Counted from the first letter of the stretch, positions 1-9,122 are shown. The stretch is 28,050 nucleotides of DNA from an uncultured Chloroflexia bacterium (GCA_963746845.1 CAVVCZ010000010.1:1-28050), one strand, 5' to 3'. The notes: generated by a model from the sequence alone, not told the origin. Translations and numbers: made by a program.

Positions 1-786
1 CGGGCCTCCTCGGCGACCTCGACATCGAGCTGCGACGCGGCGCCGGCGCTTACATCTGCGGCGAGGAGACGGCCCTGTTCGAGTCGATGGGCAAGCGCGG
101 CGAGCCGGGCACAGGCCGCCGTTCCCGGTCGAGGTTGGGCTCTTCGGGAGCCGACCGCGATCGACAACGTCGCGACGCTCGTCAACGTCCTCCACATCGT
201 CGGCGAGGACGGCGCGGCCGCGGCGTTCAAGGCGATCGGCACCGAGGGCTCGACGGGGCCGAGGCTCCTCTGCCTCTCGGGCAACGTCACGCGGCCGGGC
301 GTCTACGAGGTCGAGTTCGGGACGACGCTGCGGGAGCTCCTGGACCTCGCGGGCGGCGTGCCCGGCGATCGCGCGATCCGGGCGATCCTGCTCGGTGGCG
401 CGGCCGGGGTCTTCGTCGGGCCGGATTCCCTGGACGTGCCGTTGACGTTCGAGGGGACGCGGGCGATCGGGGCGACGCTCGGGTCCGGCGTCGTCATGGT
501 CTTCGACGAGACTGCCGACCTCGTCGGCGCGCTGACCCGGATCGCCCGGTTCTTCCGCGACGAGTCGTGCGGTCAGTGCGTGCCGTGCCGGGTCGGGACG
601 GTTCGCCAGGAGGAGCTGCTTGCGCGGCTCGCGGCGGGCCGGGCGAACGGCTCCCGCGAGGACGAGCTGGGCCTGCTCCGGGACATCGGGCAGGCAATGC
701 GCGATGCCTCGATCTGCGGCCTCGGCCAGACCGCGAGCTCGGCGATCGAGAGCGCGCTCGGCCAACCGGAGCTGGTGGCGCTGTGA
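1..786 (+). CDS. nuoF: NuoF-like / formate dehydrogenase beta (flavoprotein) subunit, C-terminal part, 5'-truncated, with two apparent frameshifts near 111-113 and 149-150
   Basis: Frame 3 gives [22 protein letters not shown], frame 2 gives [11 protein letters not shown] (116-148), and frame 1 runs from 151 through the 4Fe-4S motif [10 protein letters not shown]...SICGLG to TGA at 784-786. Confidence 0.9.
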   Translation, partial: RASSATSTSSCDAAPALTSAARRRPCSSRWASAASRAQAAVPGRGWALREPTAIDNVATLVNVLHIVGEDGAAAAFKAIGTEGSTGPRLLCLSGNVTRPGVYEVEFGTTLRELLDLAGGVPGDRAIRAILLGGAAGVFVGPDSLDVPLTFEGTRAIGATLGSGVVMVFDETADLVGALTRIARFFRDESCGQCVPCRVGTVRQEELLARLAAGRANGSREDELGLLRDIGQAMRDASICGLGQTASSAIESALGQPELVAL

Positions 787-1808
787 GCCTCCACCCACCG
801 CCCCCGCCGGACGAGCCGGTCCCACCGATCCTGCTCGAGCCACCGGCCCGATCGAGCCGGTTGCCCGCCGCCCCGCCGGAGCCGCCGCGCGCCCCGGTCG
901 AGCTGACCATCGACGGGGTCGCCGTCAGCGTGCCCGCCGGCTCGACGATCCTCGACGCCTGCCGGGCCCAGGGGATCGACACGCCGACCCTCTGCTACCT
1001 CGAGAACCTGACGCCGGTCAACGTCTGTCGCGTCTGCGTGGTCGAGGTCACGGGCTCGCGCGTCCTCGTCCCGGCGTGCTCGCGCAAGGCCGAGCCGGGG
1101 ATGGAGGTCCAGACCGACACGGACCGGGTTCGCCTCAGCCGGAAGATGGTCCTCGAGTTCCTCGGCTCGTCGGTCGACCTGTCGACGGCACCGTCGGCGC
1201 TGGACTACATCGATCGCTACGACGCGGATCCCGACCGGTACGGCCCGCCCGCCGCGCCCGCCGAAGCGGGCGAGCGCGACGCCCACGAGGCCGGTCACCA
1301 CCACGCGCCGCCGGTCGATTCCGCGCAGACCGTCCACCAGCCGGTCAAGGTGGACAACGAGCTGTACGTCCGCGACTACTCGAAGTGCATCCTCTGCTAC
1401 AAGTGCGTCGAGGCGTGCGGCGAGGATGCCCAGAACACGTTCGCGATCGCCGTCGCCGGCCGCGGGTTCGACGCCCGGATCTCGACGGAGGCGGCGGTCC
1501 CGCTGCCGGACAGCGCGTGCGTCTACTGCGGCAACTGCATCGGGGTCTGCCCCACCGGTGCGCTGATGTTCCGGTCCGAGCACGAGATGCGCGCGGCCGG
1601 CACGTGGGACGAGGGCGCCCAGACCATGACGGAGACGATCTGCCCCTACTGCGGCGTCGGCTGCTCGCTGGAGCTCCACGTCCAGGACAACGAGATCGTG
1701 AAGGTCACCTCGCCGCTCGACTCGTCGGTCACCGACGGCCACCTCTGCATCAAGGGCCGGTTCGGCTTCCAGTTCGTCCAGAACCGCGGGCCGCGCGACA
1801 ACCCGTGA
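783..1808 (+). CDS. Formate dehydrogenase alpha / NuoG-type N-terminal iron-sulfur subunit (2Fe-2S, two 4Fe-4S, molybdopterin-oxidoreductase Fe4S4 domain), stand-alone, about 341 aa
   Basis: GTG at 783 overlaps the nuoF stop (GTGA). Motifs: [48 protein letters not shown]...LCIKGRFG. It is the 3' part of ORF 87..1808. Confidence 0.9.
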   Translation: MSLHPPPPPDEPVPPILLEPPARSSRLPAAPPEPPRAPVELTIDGVAVSVPAGSTILDACRAQGIDTPTLCYLENLTPVNVCRVCVVEVTGSRVLVPACSRKAEPGMEVQTDTDRVRLSRKMVLEFLGSSVDLSTAPSALDYIDRYDADPDRYGPPAAPAEAGERDAHEAGHHHAPPVDSAQTVHQPVKVDNELYVRDYSKCILCYKCVEACGEDAQNTFAIAVAGRGFDARISTEAAVPLPDSACVYCGNCIGVCPTGALMFRSEHEMRAAGTWDEGAQTMTETICPYCGVGCSLELHVQDNEIVKVTSPLDSSVTDGHLCIKGRFGFQFVQNRGPRDNP

Positions 1809-1843
1809 TCACGCCGGCGACGACGATCGGCTGAGCGGGCGGG

Positions 1844-2416
1844 ATGACCACGCCTCGTCGCGGTCGGATCATCCTCCTGAACGGCACGTCCTCGAGCGGC
1901 AAGACGACGCTGGTGCGGGCCCTCCAGGCGGTCCTCCTCGATCCATGGCTGGAGATCGGCATCGATCGCTTCGTGTTCGCCCTGCCCCGCCAGTACCGGG
2001 ACCAGCCGCTGTGGTCCGAGGTCTTCCGGTACGTCCGGGAGCCGGGCGCCGCCGCCGATCGCTTCACGATCGAGACCGGCCCGCTCGGGGAGCGAATCGT
2101 GAGCGGGATGCACCGGACGGTTGCGGCGCTCGCGCACGAGGGCCTCGACGTCGTCGTCGACCACGTCCTGCTCGAGAGCGGGTGGCTCGCCGAGTGCCGC
2201 AGGCTCTGGGCGCCGTACCGGCTGCTGACGGTCGGCGTCCGCTGCCCGCTCGAGATCGTGATCGAGCGCGAGCGCGCCCGTGGCGATCGGACGATCGGGC
2301 AGGCCGCGGCGCAATACGCCGTCGTCCACCGATGGGGCGGCTACGACCTCGAGGTGGACACCTCGACGACGACGCCGGAGCTGGCCGCGACCCGGATCGC
2401 CCTCGCCGTCGGCTGA
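1844..2416 (+). CDS. Chloramphenicol phosphotransferase (CPT)-family P-loop kinase
   Basis: GRIILLNGTSSSGKTT Walker A motif, VVVDHV, RERARGDR and YDLEVDTS are all typical of the CPT family. Confidence 0.8.
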   Translation: MTTPRRGRIILLNGTSSSGKTTLVRALQAVLLDPWLEIGIDRFVFALPRQYRDQPLWSEVFRYVREPGAAADRFTIETGPLGERIVSGMHRTVAALAHEGLDVVVDHVLLESGWLAECRRLWAPYRLLTVGVRCPLEIVIERERARGDRTIGQAAAQYAVVHRWGGYDLEVDTSTTTPELAATRIALAVG

Positions 2417-2440
2417 TTGCGCACGGGCCTGGCCCGTTCC

Positions 2441-3301
2441 TCAGTCGAAGCCGAGCAGGTCCCGCAGGTCGATCCGCTCGTCGTGGGCGTAGACGTTGAA
2501 GCCGTCGCCGCGCAGGAACCCGACGAGGGTCACCCCGAGACGGTGCGCCGCCTGGATCGCCAGGTCGCTCGGCGCCGAGACGGCGCACAGGATCGGGATC
2601 CCGGCGACCGCGGCCTTCTGGACGATCTCGAAGCTCACCCGGCCGCTGACCATGAGGATCCGGCCGTGGAGCGGCACCGTCTTCGCGAGGACCTGCGAGC
2701 CGACCAGCTTGTCGAGCGCGTTGTGCCGGCCGACGTCCTCACGCAGCGCGAGGAGCTCGCCGCTCGGCGTGAACAGCCCGGCGGCATGGAGGCCGCCGGT
2801 CTCGTCGAACGCGCGCTGCGCCGCACGGAGCAGATCGGGCAGCGCGAGGATCACCGTCCGGGAGACGACGGGCCCGTCCGGGATCGGATCGGATCGGACC
2901 GCGATCTCGTCGAGCGACGCCTTGCCGCAGATGCCGCAGGACGCGGTGGCGACGAAGTGGCGCTCGGCGACCCGGGAGGCATCGAACGGACGGGCGAGGT
3001 GGACGGTGACCTGGTCGTCCGGCTGGTTCATCGCCTCGGGGTCGCCGAACGTCGTCCTGATGATCTCCGGGCCGTCGACGAGGCCTTCCGTCCGGAGGAA
3101 GCCGATCGCGAGCTCGTCCTCGAACCCGGGGGTCCGCATCGTGACCGCGATCGCAACCGGGTCCTGGCCGGGGCCGGCGGCCCGGATCTCGAGGGGCTCC
3201 TCACCGACGACGCGATCGCTGCGGAACTCGAGGGAGGAGCCGCGGACGGCGACGACCCGGGTGGTCGTGACCTGGCGGGTCGGCGGGGCGAGGGGATCCA
3301 C
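2441..3301 (-). CDS. fdhD: Formate dehydrogenase accessory sulfurtransferase FdhD
   Basis: EEPLEI, TMRTPG, ASCGICG, TGGLHAA, EDVGRHNALDK and SGRVSFE motifs. Start moved to GTG at 3301, where homology begins and a -10-like box lies 6 nt upstream. Confidence 0.92.
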   Translation of the reverse strand: MDPLAPPTRQVTTTRVVAVRGSSLEFRSDRVVGEEPLEIRAAGPGQDPVAIAVTMRTPGFEDELAIGFLRTEGLVDGPEIIRTTFGDPEAMNQPDDQVTVHLARPFDASRVAERHFVATASCGICGKASLDEIAVRSDPIPDGPVVSRTVILALPDLLRAAQRAFDETGGLHAAGLFTPSGELLALREDVGRHNALDKLVGSQVLAKTVPLHGRILMVSGRVSFEIVQKAAVAGIPILCAVSAPSDLAIQAAHRLGVTLVGFLRGDGFNVYAHDERIDLRDLLGFD

Positions 3302-3307
3302 GCCGAG

Positions 3308-3313
3308 AGTGTA
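3308..3313 (-). promoter_or_regulatory. Putative -10 box (TACACT) of a leaderless fdhD transcript
   Basis: TACACT-ctcggc-GTG on the minus strand; no Shine-Dalgarno sequence. Confidence 0.5.
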
Positions 3314-3340
3314 GGTCGGGCCGCGTACGCGAACCTGCGG

Positions 3341-3349
3341 TGCTACCGT
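3341..3349 (+). promoter_or_regulatory. Putative extended -10 (TGcTACCGT) for the PPOX gene
   Basis: Matches TGnTAnnnT upstream of GGAGG (3364-3368) and ATG 3379; divergent from fdhD. Confidence 0.45.
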
Positions 3350-3378
3350 CGGGCGGTGATCGCGGAGGTCGCATCGAG

Positions 3379-3837
3379 ATGCTGAGCCCGGCCGAGTGGT
3401 CGTTCCTCGCCGCGGCGCGGACCGCGACCCTCGCGACACTCTCGCCGAGCGGCCGGCCACGACTCGTCCCGATCTGCTTCGTCGTCGGGAACGACGCACC
3501 GGATGGCCGGGCCCGCCTGTACAGCCCGCTCGACGAGAAGCCGAAGCGGAGCGACGACCCGCACGAGCTGGGCCGCGTCCAGGACCTGCTGGTGCTGCCC
3601 GAGGCGACGCTGCTCATCGATCGCTGGTCCGAGGACTGGGACCGGCTCGCGTGGCTTCGGCTCGAGACACGGGGCGAGCTGCTGGAGCCCGAGCCGCGGG
3701 AGCGGGAAGAGCACGCGGCGGCGATCGTCCTGCTCCGTGCGAAGTACCCGCAGTACGCGGGTCATCGTCTCGAGGAGCGCCCGGTCCTGCGGTTCACGGT
3801 CGAACGGTCGCTGTCGTGGGGCGACCTCGGCACCTGA
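3379..3837 (+). CDS. PPOX-class (pyridoxamine 5'-phosphate oxidase-like) probable F420-dependent oxidoreductase, Rv0121-like
   Basis: ATLAT...GRPRLVPICF, DEKPK, LLIDRWSEDWDRLAW and LRAKYPQY motifs; GGAGG RBS precedes ATG 3379. Confidence 0.8.
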   Translation: MLSPAEWSFLAAARTATLATLSPSGRPRLVPICFVVGNDAPDGRARLYSPLDEKPKRSDDPHELGRVQDLLVLPEATLLIDRWSEDWDRLAWLRLETRGELLEPEPREREEHAAAIVLLRAKYPQYAGHRLEERPVLRFTVERSLSWGDLGT

Positions 3838-3874
3838 CCGGGCCGGGCGCGGCCTGGCGCGGCCGAAGCGAGCC

Positions 3875-5158
3875 TCAGCGGTCCAGGAACAGGGCCGGTG
3901 CGTGCGGACGGAGGCAGTGGGTCGAGCTCATCGCCTGGTGATAGCCACCGGCGTTCAGGATCGCGACGATGTCGCCCTCGCGGACCGGCGGCATCGGGTA
4001 GTCCTCGGCGAACACATCGCCGGCCTCGTTGATGTGCCCCGCGACGGTCACGCGCTCCGTCCGCGGCGCGTCCGGGGCCGCGCAGACGACGAGCTCCTGG
4101 GCGAACCGGTAGATGAAGTACGAGCAGTTGACATTCCAGCCGAGATCGAGCCCGACGTACGTCGTCCCGGCCCGCTCCTCCACGGTCACGACCTCGCCGA
4201 GCAGGATGGCGCTGTCCTTCGCGAGGTAGTCGCCCGGCTCGCACCCGACCGCGACGCCGTCGTCGACGAGGTCGCCCATCGCCCGCCGGATCGCCCCCGC
4301 GTAGGCGTGCGGGTCCACCGCGACCTCGTCGGCGCGGGCCGGCACGCCCAGCCCACCGCCGACGTTCAGCTCGGCGATCGGGTGCCCCGCGTGGCGCAGG
4401 CGGCGGACGATCGACGCCACTCGCGCGATCGCGGTCTCGAACGCGGGGACCCCGCCCGCGAGCCAGCCCGACCCGACATGGACGTGGAGGGTGTCGATCG
4501 TCAGCCCATGCCGAGCCGCGGCGGCGAGCGCCTCGTCGAGCCGGTCCTCGTAGATCCCGAACTTCGTCGGTCGCTCGCCGCTGTACGCCAGCTGCTTCGT
4601 GTAGCCCGCGCCGGCGCCCGGGTTGATCCGCAAGCCGATGGTTCGCCGGGGTCGGTCCGCCGCCGTGGCAGCGTCGAGCGCCGCGAGCCGCCGCCCGACA
4701 CGCTCGACCTGGCTCACGGCGTCGAGATTCAGGTGGACGGTGTGGGCGAGGAGCACGTCGAGATCCCGGTCGGACACGTTCGTCCCGGTGTAGCTGATGT
4801 CCTCGGCAGCCCAGCCGCACTCGACCGCGCGGAGCGCCTCGCCGGGCGAGCACGCATCGATCCCGACCAGCCCGCGCAGCGCCCCGAGGAACTCCGGATC
4901 CGGGTTCGCCTTGAGCGCGAAGCGAACGCGATGCCGGAGGCCCGCGGCGTCGAGCGCGGCGATCAGACGCTCGGCGTTCTCGACGACGCGGAGCCGGTCG
5001 TACGCGAACAGCGGCGTGCCGTGGTCCCGCGCCAGCTTCTCGGCGTCATGCCCGGCGATGGCCAGCCGGCCGGCCAGGATCTCGAGGCCCGGGCGGACCC
5101 ACCACGGACGATCGAGGCGGGCGCCCTCGGGCGGGACCGGGAGCGACGGGGCAGTCAC
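3875..5158 (-). CDS. Orn/DAP/Arg decarboxylase family (LysA-like) PLP enzyme with a divergent active site
   Basis: GTPLFAYD, FALKAN (PLP Lys), DACSPGE, LRINPG..KFGI, HVHVGSG and GGGLG are present, but EPGD, HINEAGD and NVNCSYFIY deviate from LysA. Confidence 0.85.
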   Translation of the reverse strand: MTAPSLPVPPEGARLDRPWWVRPGLEILAGRLAIAGHDAEKLARDHGTPLFAYDRLRVVENAERLIAALDAAGLRHRVRFALKANPDPEFLGALRGLVGIDACSPGEALRAVECGWAAEDISYTGTNVSDRDLDVLLAHTVHLNLDAVSQVERVGRRLAALDAATAADRPRRTIGLRINPGAGAGYTKQLAYSGERPTKFGIYEDRLDEALAAAARHGLTIDTLHVHVGSGWLAGGVPAFETAIARVASIVRRLRHAGHPIAELNVGGGLGVPARADEVAVDPHAYAGAIRRAMGDLVDDGVAVGCEPGDYLAKDSAILLGEVVTVEERAGTTYVGLDLGWNVNCSYFIYRFAQELVVCAAPDAPRTERVTVAGHINEAGDVFAEDYPMPPVREGDIVAILNAGGYHQAMSSTHCLRPHAPALFLDR

Positions 5159-5197
5159 GGGCGTGCGAAGGGGCGGACAGGAGACGCGGTCGGGCCG

Positions 5198-5485
5198 TCA
5201 GGCCGACGCGGCGTCCGGGTGCGGATGGGGGTGGGCGTGCCGGGCCCGACCGGAACCGGGCTTCCAGCGATCCGGGCCTTCCTCCACGGTCGCCCCGAGA
5301 TCCTCGAGGAGCTTCCGTGACACCAGCGCCACCTCGGCGATCGCCGCGTCGAACGCGGCGCTGTTGCGGGCGGACGGCGTCCGGTAGCCGCTGACCTTGC
5401 GGACGAACTGGCGGGCGGCCGCCTCGATCTCACCGGTCGTCGCCGGCTCGTCCGGACGGCGAAGGACCTTGATGCTTCGGCACAT
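5198..5485 (-). CDS. DUF2277 family protein
   Basis: MCRSIKVL...EIEAAARQFVRKVSG...N.AAFDAAI signature; TACCCT lies 6 nt upstream of the ATG. Confidence 0.85.
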   Translation of the reverse strand: MCRSIKVLRRPDEPATTGEIEAAARQFVRKVSGYRTPSARNSAAFDAAIAEVALVSRKLLEDLGATVEEGPDRWKPGSGRARHAHPHPHPDAASA

Positions 5486-5523
5486 GCCAGCAGGGTACCG
5501 CGCGCGGCGTGCTCAGGCCGCGG

Positions 5524-6129
5524 TCAGGCCAGCCTCCAGTCGATCGCGCCGGTGTAGCAATGGTCCAGCGCCGTGCACAGCCCGGCGGTCAGGTCCCAGG
5601 TCCGCCCGTCGACATACGGCCCGCGGTCCACGACCGGGACCGTCACCGTCCGGCCGTTGTCGGGGTTGCGGAAGGTGACCTTCGTGCCGCATGGGAGCGA
5701 TCGATGGGCGACGCCGCGCAGGGACGCGGTCATCGCGTAGCCACAGGCGGTGCGCTTGCCATAGAAGCCGGGGCCGTACCACGACACGTTGCCGTCGGCC
5801 CGCCAGCGAACGATCGAGACTGACCGGGCCGTCACTGCCGGCTGGACCGACGCGCCGTCCGGACGACGGGCGCCCGCGGCGGCGAGCGGCGGGGCCGGTT
5901 CGAGGACCGGACTGCCGTCATCCAGCCCGCCGGCGGACCGGTAGGAGGGGTCAAGGCTGGGGGTCGGCATCGTCGTCCCGTCGCTCCACGAAGCATCGAC
6001 CACCCGGAAGAGGAGGTGGTCGGCCGGTCCGCCCGGGCCGAGGCCCGCGGATCCGATGGAGACCGGGACGGCGACCGCGGCGAGCAGGGCGATGAGTGCC
6101 ACGCTCGCGACGATTCTGGGGCGTCGCAC
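5524..6129 (-). CDS. rlpA: RlpA-like double-psi beta-barrel (septal ring lytic transglycosylase family) exported protein
   Basis: N-terminal signal peptide; SWYGPGFYGKRTACG, VAHRSLPCGT, VVDRGPY and WDLT motifs. Confidence 0.8.
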   Translation of the reverse strand: MRRPRIVASVALIALLAAVAVPVSIGSAGLGPGGPADHLLFRVVDASWSDGTTMPTPSLDPSYRSAGGLDDGSPVLEPAPPLAAAGARRPDGASVQPAVTARSVSIVRWRADGNVSWYGPGFYGKRTACGYAMTASLRGVAHRSLPCGTKVTFRNPDNGRTVTVPVVDRGPYVDGRTWDLTAGLCTALDHCYTGAIDWRLA

Positions 6130-6228
6130 GTCCCGGTCATCGTCGCGCGGGCAGCGCCTCGGCGGCCCGTGGCCGCGCGACGGAACCCTTGCAAGTCCGT
6201 GTCAAGCGGACCTGCCAGAATCGGCGGG

Positions 6229-7128
6229 ATGCCCGTCCGGACGCTCACCCTCGACGCGCCGCTCGACCTGCGGCGCACGCTCGCGATCCATGCCCGCGGC
6301 CCCGGCGACCCGATGATGCGGCTGGGTCCCGCGGAGGCGATCCGTGCGACGCGGACGCCGGACGGACCGGCGACCATCCGGATCGTGATCGACGGGGAGC
6401 GGCTCCACGCGGAGGCCTGGGGGCCCGGTGCGGATCGCGTCCTCGCCGGCCTGCCGGCGCTCGCCGGCCTCGACGACGACCGCGGCGGCTTCGACGCCGG
6501 ACGCCACCCGCTCGTCGCGGAGCTGGATCGTCGCCACCGTGGCATCCGGCTCGGCCGGAGCGGGGCGGTCCTCGAGGCGCTCGTCCCGGCGATCCTCGAG
6601 CAGAAGGTCACCGGGCGCGAGGCCTGGCGGGGGCTGCGCGGGATCGTGCGGCGGTGGGGCGAGCCGGCGCCCGGACCGTTCGGGCTTCGGCTGTTGCCTA
6701 TGCCGGAGGTCCTCGCGTCCGTCCCGTATCACGCGTTCCACCCGCTCGGGGTCGAGCGGCGTCGCGCGGACCTGATCCGGCGGGTCGCCGATCGCGCGGC
6801 CCGGTTCGAGGAGATCGTGACGATGTCCCGATCCGACGCCTACGCCCGGTTGACCGCGCTGCCCGGGATCGGGCCGTGGACCGCCGCCGAGGTCGCGCTC
6901 CGGGCGCTCGGCGACCCGGACGCGGTCAGCATCGGCGACTTCCACCTGCCGAACGTCGTCGCGTTCGCCCTCGCCGGCGAGGTGCGTGCGGACGACACGC
7001 GGATGCTCGAGCTGCTCGAGCCATGGCGGGGCCAGCGGGCGCGGGTGATCCGGCTGCTGGAGATCAGCGGCCTCCGGCCGCCGGCGTTCGGGCCGCGGTT
7101 CCCTGCCCGCTCGATCGCCGCGATCTAG
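6229..7128 (+). CDS. DNA-3-methyladenine glycosylase II (AlkA/HhH-GPD family)
   Basis: EALVPAILEQKVT and HhH motif LTALPGIGPWTA...GDPD..GD; start set at ATG 6229 within ORF 6016..7128. Confidence 0.85.
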   Translation: MPVRTLTLDAPLDLRRTLAIHARGPGDPMMRLGPAEAIRATRTPDGPATIRIVIDGERLHAEAWGPGADRVLAGLPALAGLDDDRGGFDAGRHPLVAELDRRHRGIRLGRSGAVLEALVPAILEQKVTGREAWRGLRGIVRRWGEPAPGPFGLRLLPMPEVLASVPYHAFHPLGVERRRADLIRRVADRAARFEEIVTMSRSDAYARLTALPGIGPWTAAEVALRALGDPDAVSIGDFHLPNVVAFALAGEVRADDTRMLELLEPWRGQRARVIRLLEISGLRPPAFGPRFPARSIAAI

Positions 7129-7694
7129 GCGAGCGACCCGCCCTTCGAGCGCAGCCGGCCGCCGTCGAACAGCAGCCCGAGGATCGACCGCCGCTCGCGA
7201 CCGGTCGGCAGGAACGGGCGGGTCGCTGCGGGCCTGGGGAGCACCGGTGCGCCCGGCTCCGTCACGAGGCTGGGCGCCGTCTCGGATCCGAAGCCGAGCG
7301 CTGCCGCGACCTCGGCGGCCGGCATCGGGATGGCCGTGTCATCGGCGACCGCGTCGTAGCAGAACGCGATGGAACGGATCCCCGACCCGTCGCCGGGCGA
7401 CGCCAGGCCGACGACGCCGGAGCGGGCCGGCCCGACCTGGAACTGCACGTCCTCGCCGTCGACACCGGATCGCGTGATCACGAGAGCGATCGGGCGGTCG
7501 GCATGCCACGTGAAGGAGTCCGGGACCCCGGCGACCGGCGAGCCCGGGCCGCGGATCTCCACGCTGAGCGTCCCGTCGGTGTGGGTGCCATTGCGAAGCG
7601 CGTCGCCATCGATCCGCATGCGGCGCCGGGCGACGTGGCCGACGCGGCGGAGCTTGGTGTCGGCGGGGTCGATCGTGATCGTGCGGCGGTCCAT
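7125..7694 (-). CDS. Hypothetical protein, 189 aa
   Basis: Fills the gap between neighbours, has GAGGA upstream and plausible composition, and its stop overlaps the alkA-like stop; no family recognised. Confidence 0.55.
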   Translation of the reverse strand: MDRRTITIDPADTKLRRVGHVARRRMRIDGDALRNGTHTDGTLSVEIRGPGSPVAGVPDSFTWHADRPIALVITRSGVDGEDVQFQVGPARSGVVGLASPGDGSGIRSIAFCYDAVADDTAIPMPAAEVAAALGFGSETAPSLVTEPGAPVLPRPAATRPFLPTGRERRSILGLLFDGGRLRSKGGSLA

Positions 7695-7866
7695 CGGCGG
7701 ATCCTCGGGTTGCAGCGGGCGCGGCCTGCGGGGTTGGGCGTCGCGATGGAGCGGGGCATCGGGATGACGCGTTCAGGTGGTCGGAGCGTCGCGCAAGCCC
7801 GGGTTCCGAGACATGGACGCGCGTCGATCGGTGGCGGCGACGTCCGTCGTCACCGGCCGTCCGCGA

Positions 7867-8262
7867 TCAGCCGGCGGGCGCGTCCTCGGCGTCGGTGGTC
7901 TCGCCCGCGCCGGCCCCGTCGCCCTCAGGCCCACGGGCGCGATAGGCGACGACCTCGAGGGGCTCGAGCGTGATCAGCCCGTCGCCGACCATCGCGTCGA
8001 GCTCCGGCAGGATCGCCCGGATCGTCGACTCGCTGTCGACGACGTCGATGACGACCGGGAGGTCCTCGGACAGCCGCAGGATCTTCGCGGTGTGGAGGTG
8101 GGCGTTCCGGCCGAACCCCTCGATCCCGCGCACCACCGTCGCCCCGGCGATCCCGCGCTCGCGCAGGACGAGGACGATGGCCTCGTACAGCGGCCGCCCG
8201 TGCCAGCGATCGGCCTCGCCGATGTAGATGCGGAGCCGGAGCGCCGGAGCGTCGATGGTCAT
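7867..8262 (-). CDS. DUF190 (PII-like) protein
   Basis: LRIYIGE.D.WHGRPLYEAIV...GATVVRGIEGFG...LSEDLPVVIDVVD; ATG 8262 overlaps the crcB stop (ATGA). Confidence 0.9.
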   Translation of the reverse strand: MTIDAPALRLRIYIGEADRWHGRPLYEAIVLVLRERGIAGATVVRGIEGFGRNAHLHTAKILRLSEDLPVVIDVVDSESTIRAILPELDAMVGDGLITLEPLEVVAYRARGPEGDGAGAGETTDAEDAPAG

Positions 8263-8633
8263 CCGATCGCCCGTCCCAGCGTGAGCCCGGCGACGACCGC
8301 CACGATCCCGAGCGCGGCCGATCCGAGCAGGTTCATCGTTCCGAGCGCGGCCTGACCGTCTTCGACGAGCCGCCAGCTCTCGAGCATCAGCGTCGAGAAC
8401 GTCGTGTACGCGCCGAGGAAGCCGATCATGACCGGGGCGCGAATCTCCGCCGGCAGGATCGAGCGGTCGATCGTGAGCGCCGCGAGGAGGCCGAGAACGA
8501 ACGCCCCGGACAGGTTGACGGCGAGCGTCCCGAACGGGAACCCGGTCCCGACCCGATCGAGGACCCAGCCGTCGACGAGGTAGCGGGCGACGGAGCCGAA
8601 CGCGCCACCGATCGCAATCAGGACGAGGGTCAC
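8259..8633 (-). CDS. crcB: Fluoride efflux channel Fluc/CrcB
   Basis: GGAFGSVARY, FPFGTLAVNLSG and GFLGAYTTFST motifs; four hydrophobic segments. Confidence 0.95.
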   Translation of the reverse strand: MTLVLIAIGGAFGSVARYLVDGWVLDRVGTGFPFGTLAVNLSGAFVLGLLAALTIDRSILPAEIRAPVMIGFLGAYTTFSTLMLESWRLVEDGQAALGTMNLLGSAALGIVAVVAGLTLGRAIG

Positions 8634-8750
8634 GCCTCGCAGGATCGCGGGGAGCGCCGGACGGCGTCAAGCGGTGGCCCCCGGCCCGGCCCGGCGCGCC
8701 CGGGCACGCGGTTCCGTTACGGTGTCGGGACACAGCGCGAGGAACCCACG

Positions 8751-9110
8751 ATGGCCGAGCGGTCGATGCCGAGCTTCAGCAAGTCCCCACCCGAGCTCGT
8801 GGACCGGTTCGCTGCGATCCTCGACCGCTACCCCGACGCCCAGCGCAAGCAGATGTTCGGTTACCCGGCGGCGTTCGTCGGGGGCAACATGGCGACCGGG
8901 CTGTTCGCGGACCGCTGGGTCGTCCGCCTGCCGGCCGCCGAGATCGACGCGGCGAAGACCGCCGGCGCCGAAGGGTTCGAGCCGATGCCCGGCAAGCCGA
9001 TGAAGGCGTTCGTCGTGATCCCGGCAGCGGATGTCGACGACGACACCCGGATCATGGCGTGGGTGGAGCGTGGCCTGGCCCACGCCGCCTCGATGCCGGC
9101 CAAGAAGTAG
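8751..9110 (+). CDS. TfoX/Sxy N-terminal domain protein
   Basis: RKQMFGYPAAFVGGNM..G, FEPMPGKPMK.FV and WVERGLAHA motifs. Confidence 0.8.
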   Translation: MAERSMPSFSKSPPELVDRFAAILDRYPDAQRKQMFGYPAAFVGGNMATGLFADRWVVRLPAAEIDAAKTAGAEGFEPMPGKPMKAFVVIPAADVDDDTRIMAWVERGLAHAASMPAKK

Positions 9111-9122
9111 GCGCCGCCGGCC

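Noticed and set aside
87-782. N-terminal 232 aa of ORF 87..1808
   Set aside because: Arg-rich off-frame reading of the nuoF-like gene created by the frameshifts; the real Fe-S gene starts at 783.
1806-1843. TGA read-through as selenocysteine in an FDH-like gene
   Set aside because: The TGA is not at the Mo-ligand position, and the downstream frame is not FdhA-like and stops again within about 40 nt.
1844-2416. Chloramphenicol resistance gene
   Set aside because: Only family-level similarity; most CPT-family kinases have no demonstrated resistance role.
8634-8750. Fluoride riboswitch upstream of crcB
   Set aside because: I could not find the conserved GATGG...TGA core or pseudoknot, and a promoter-like sequence abuts the start codon.
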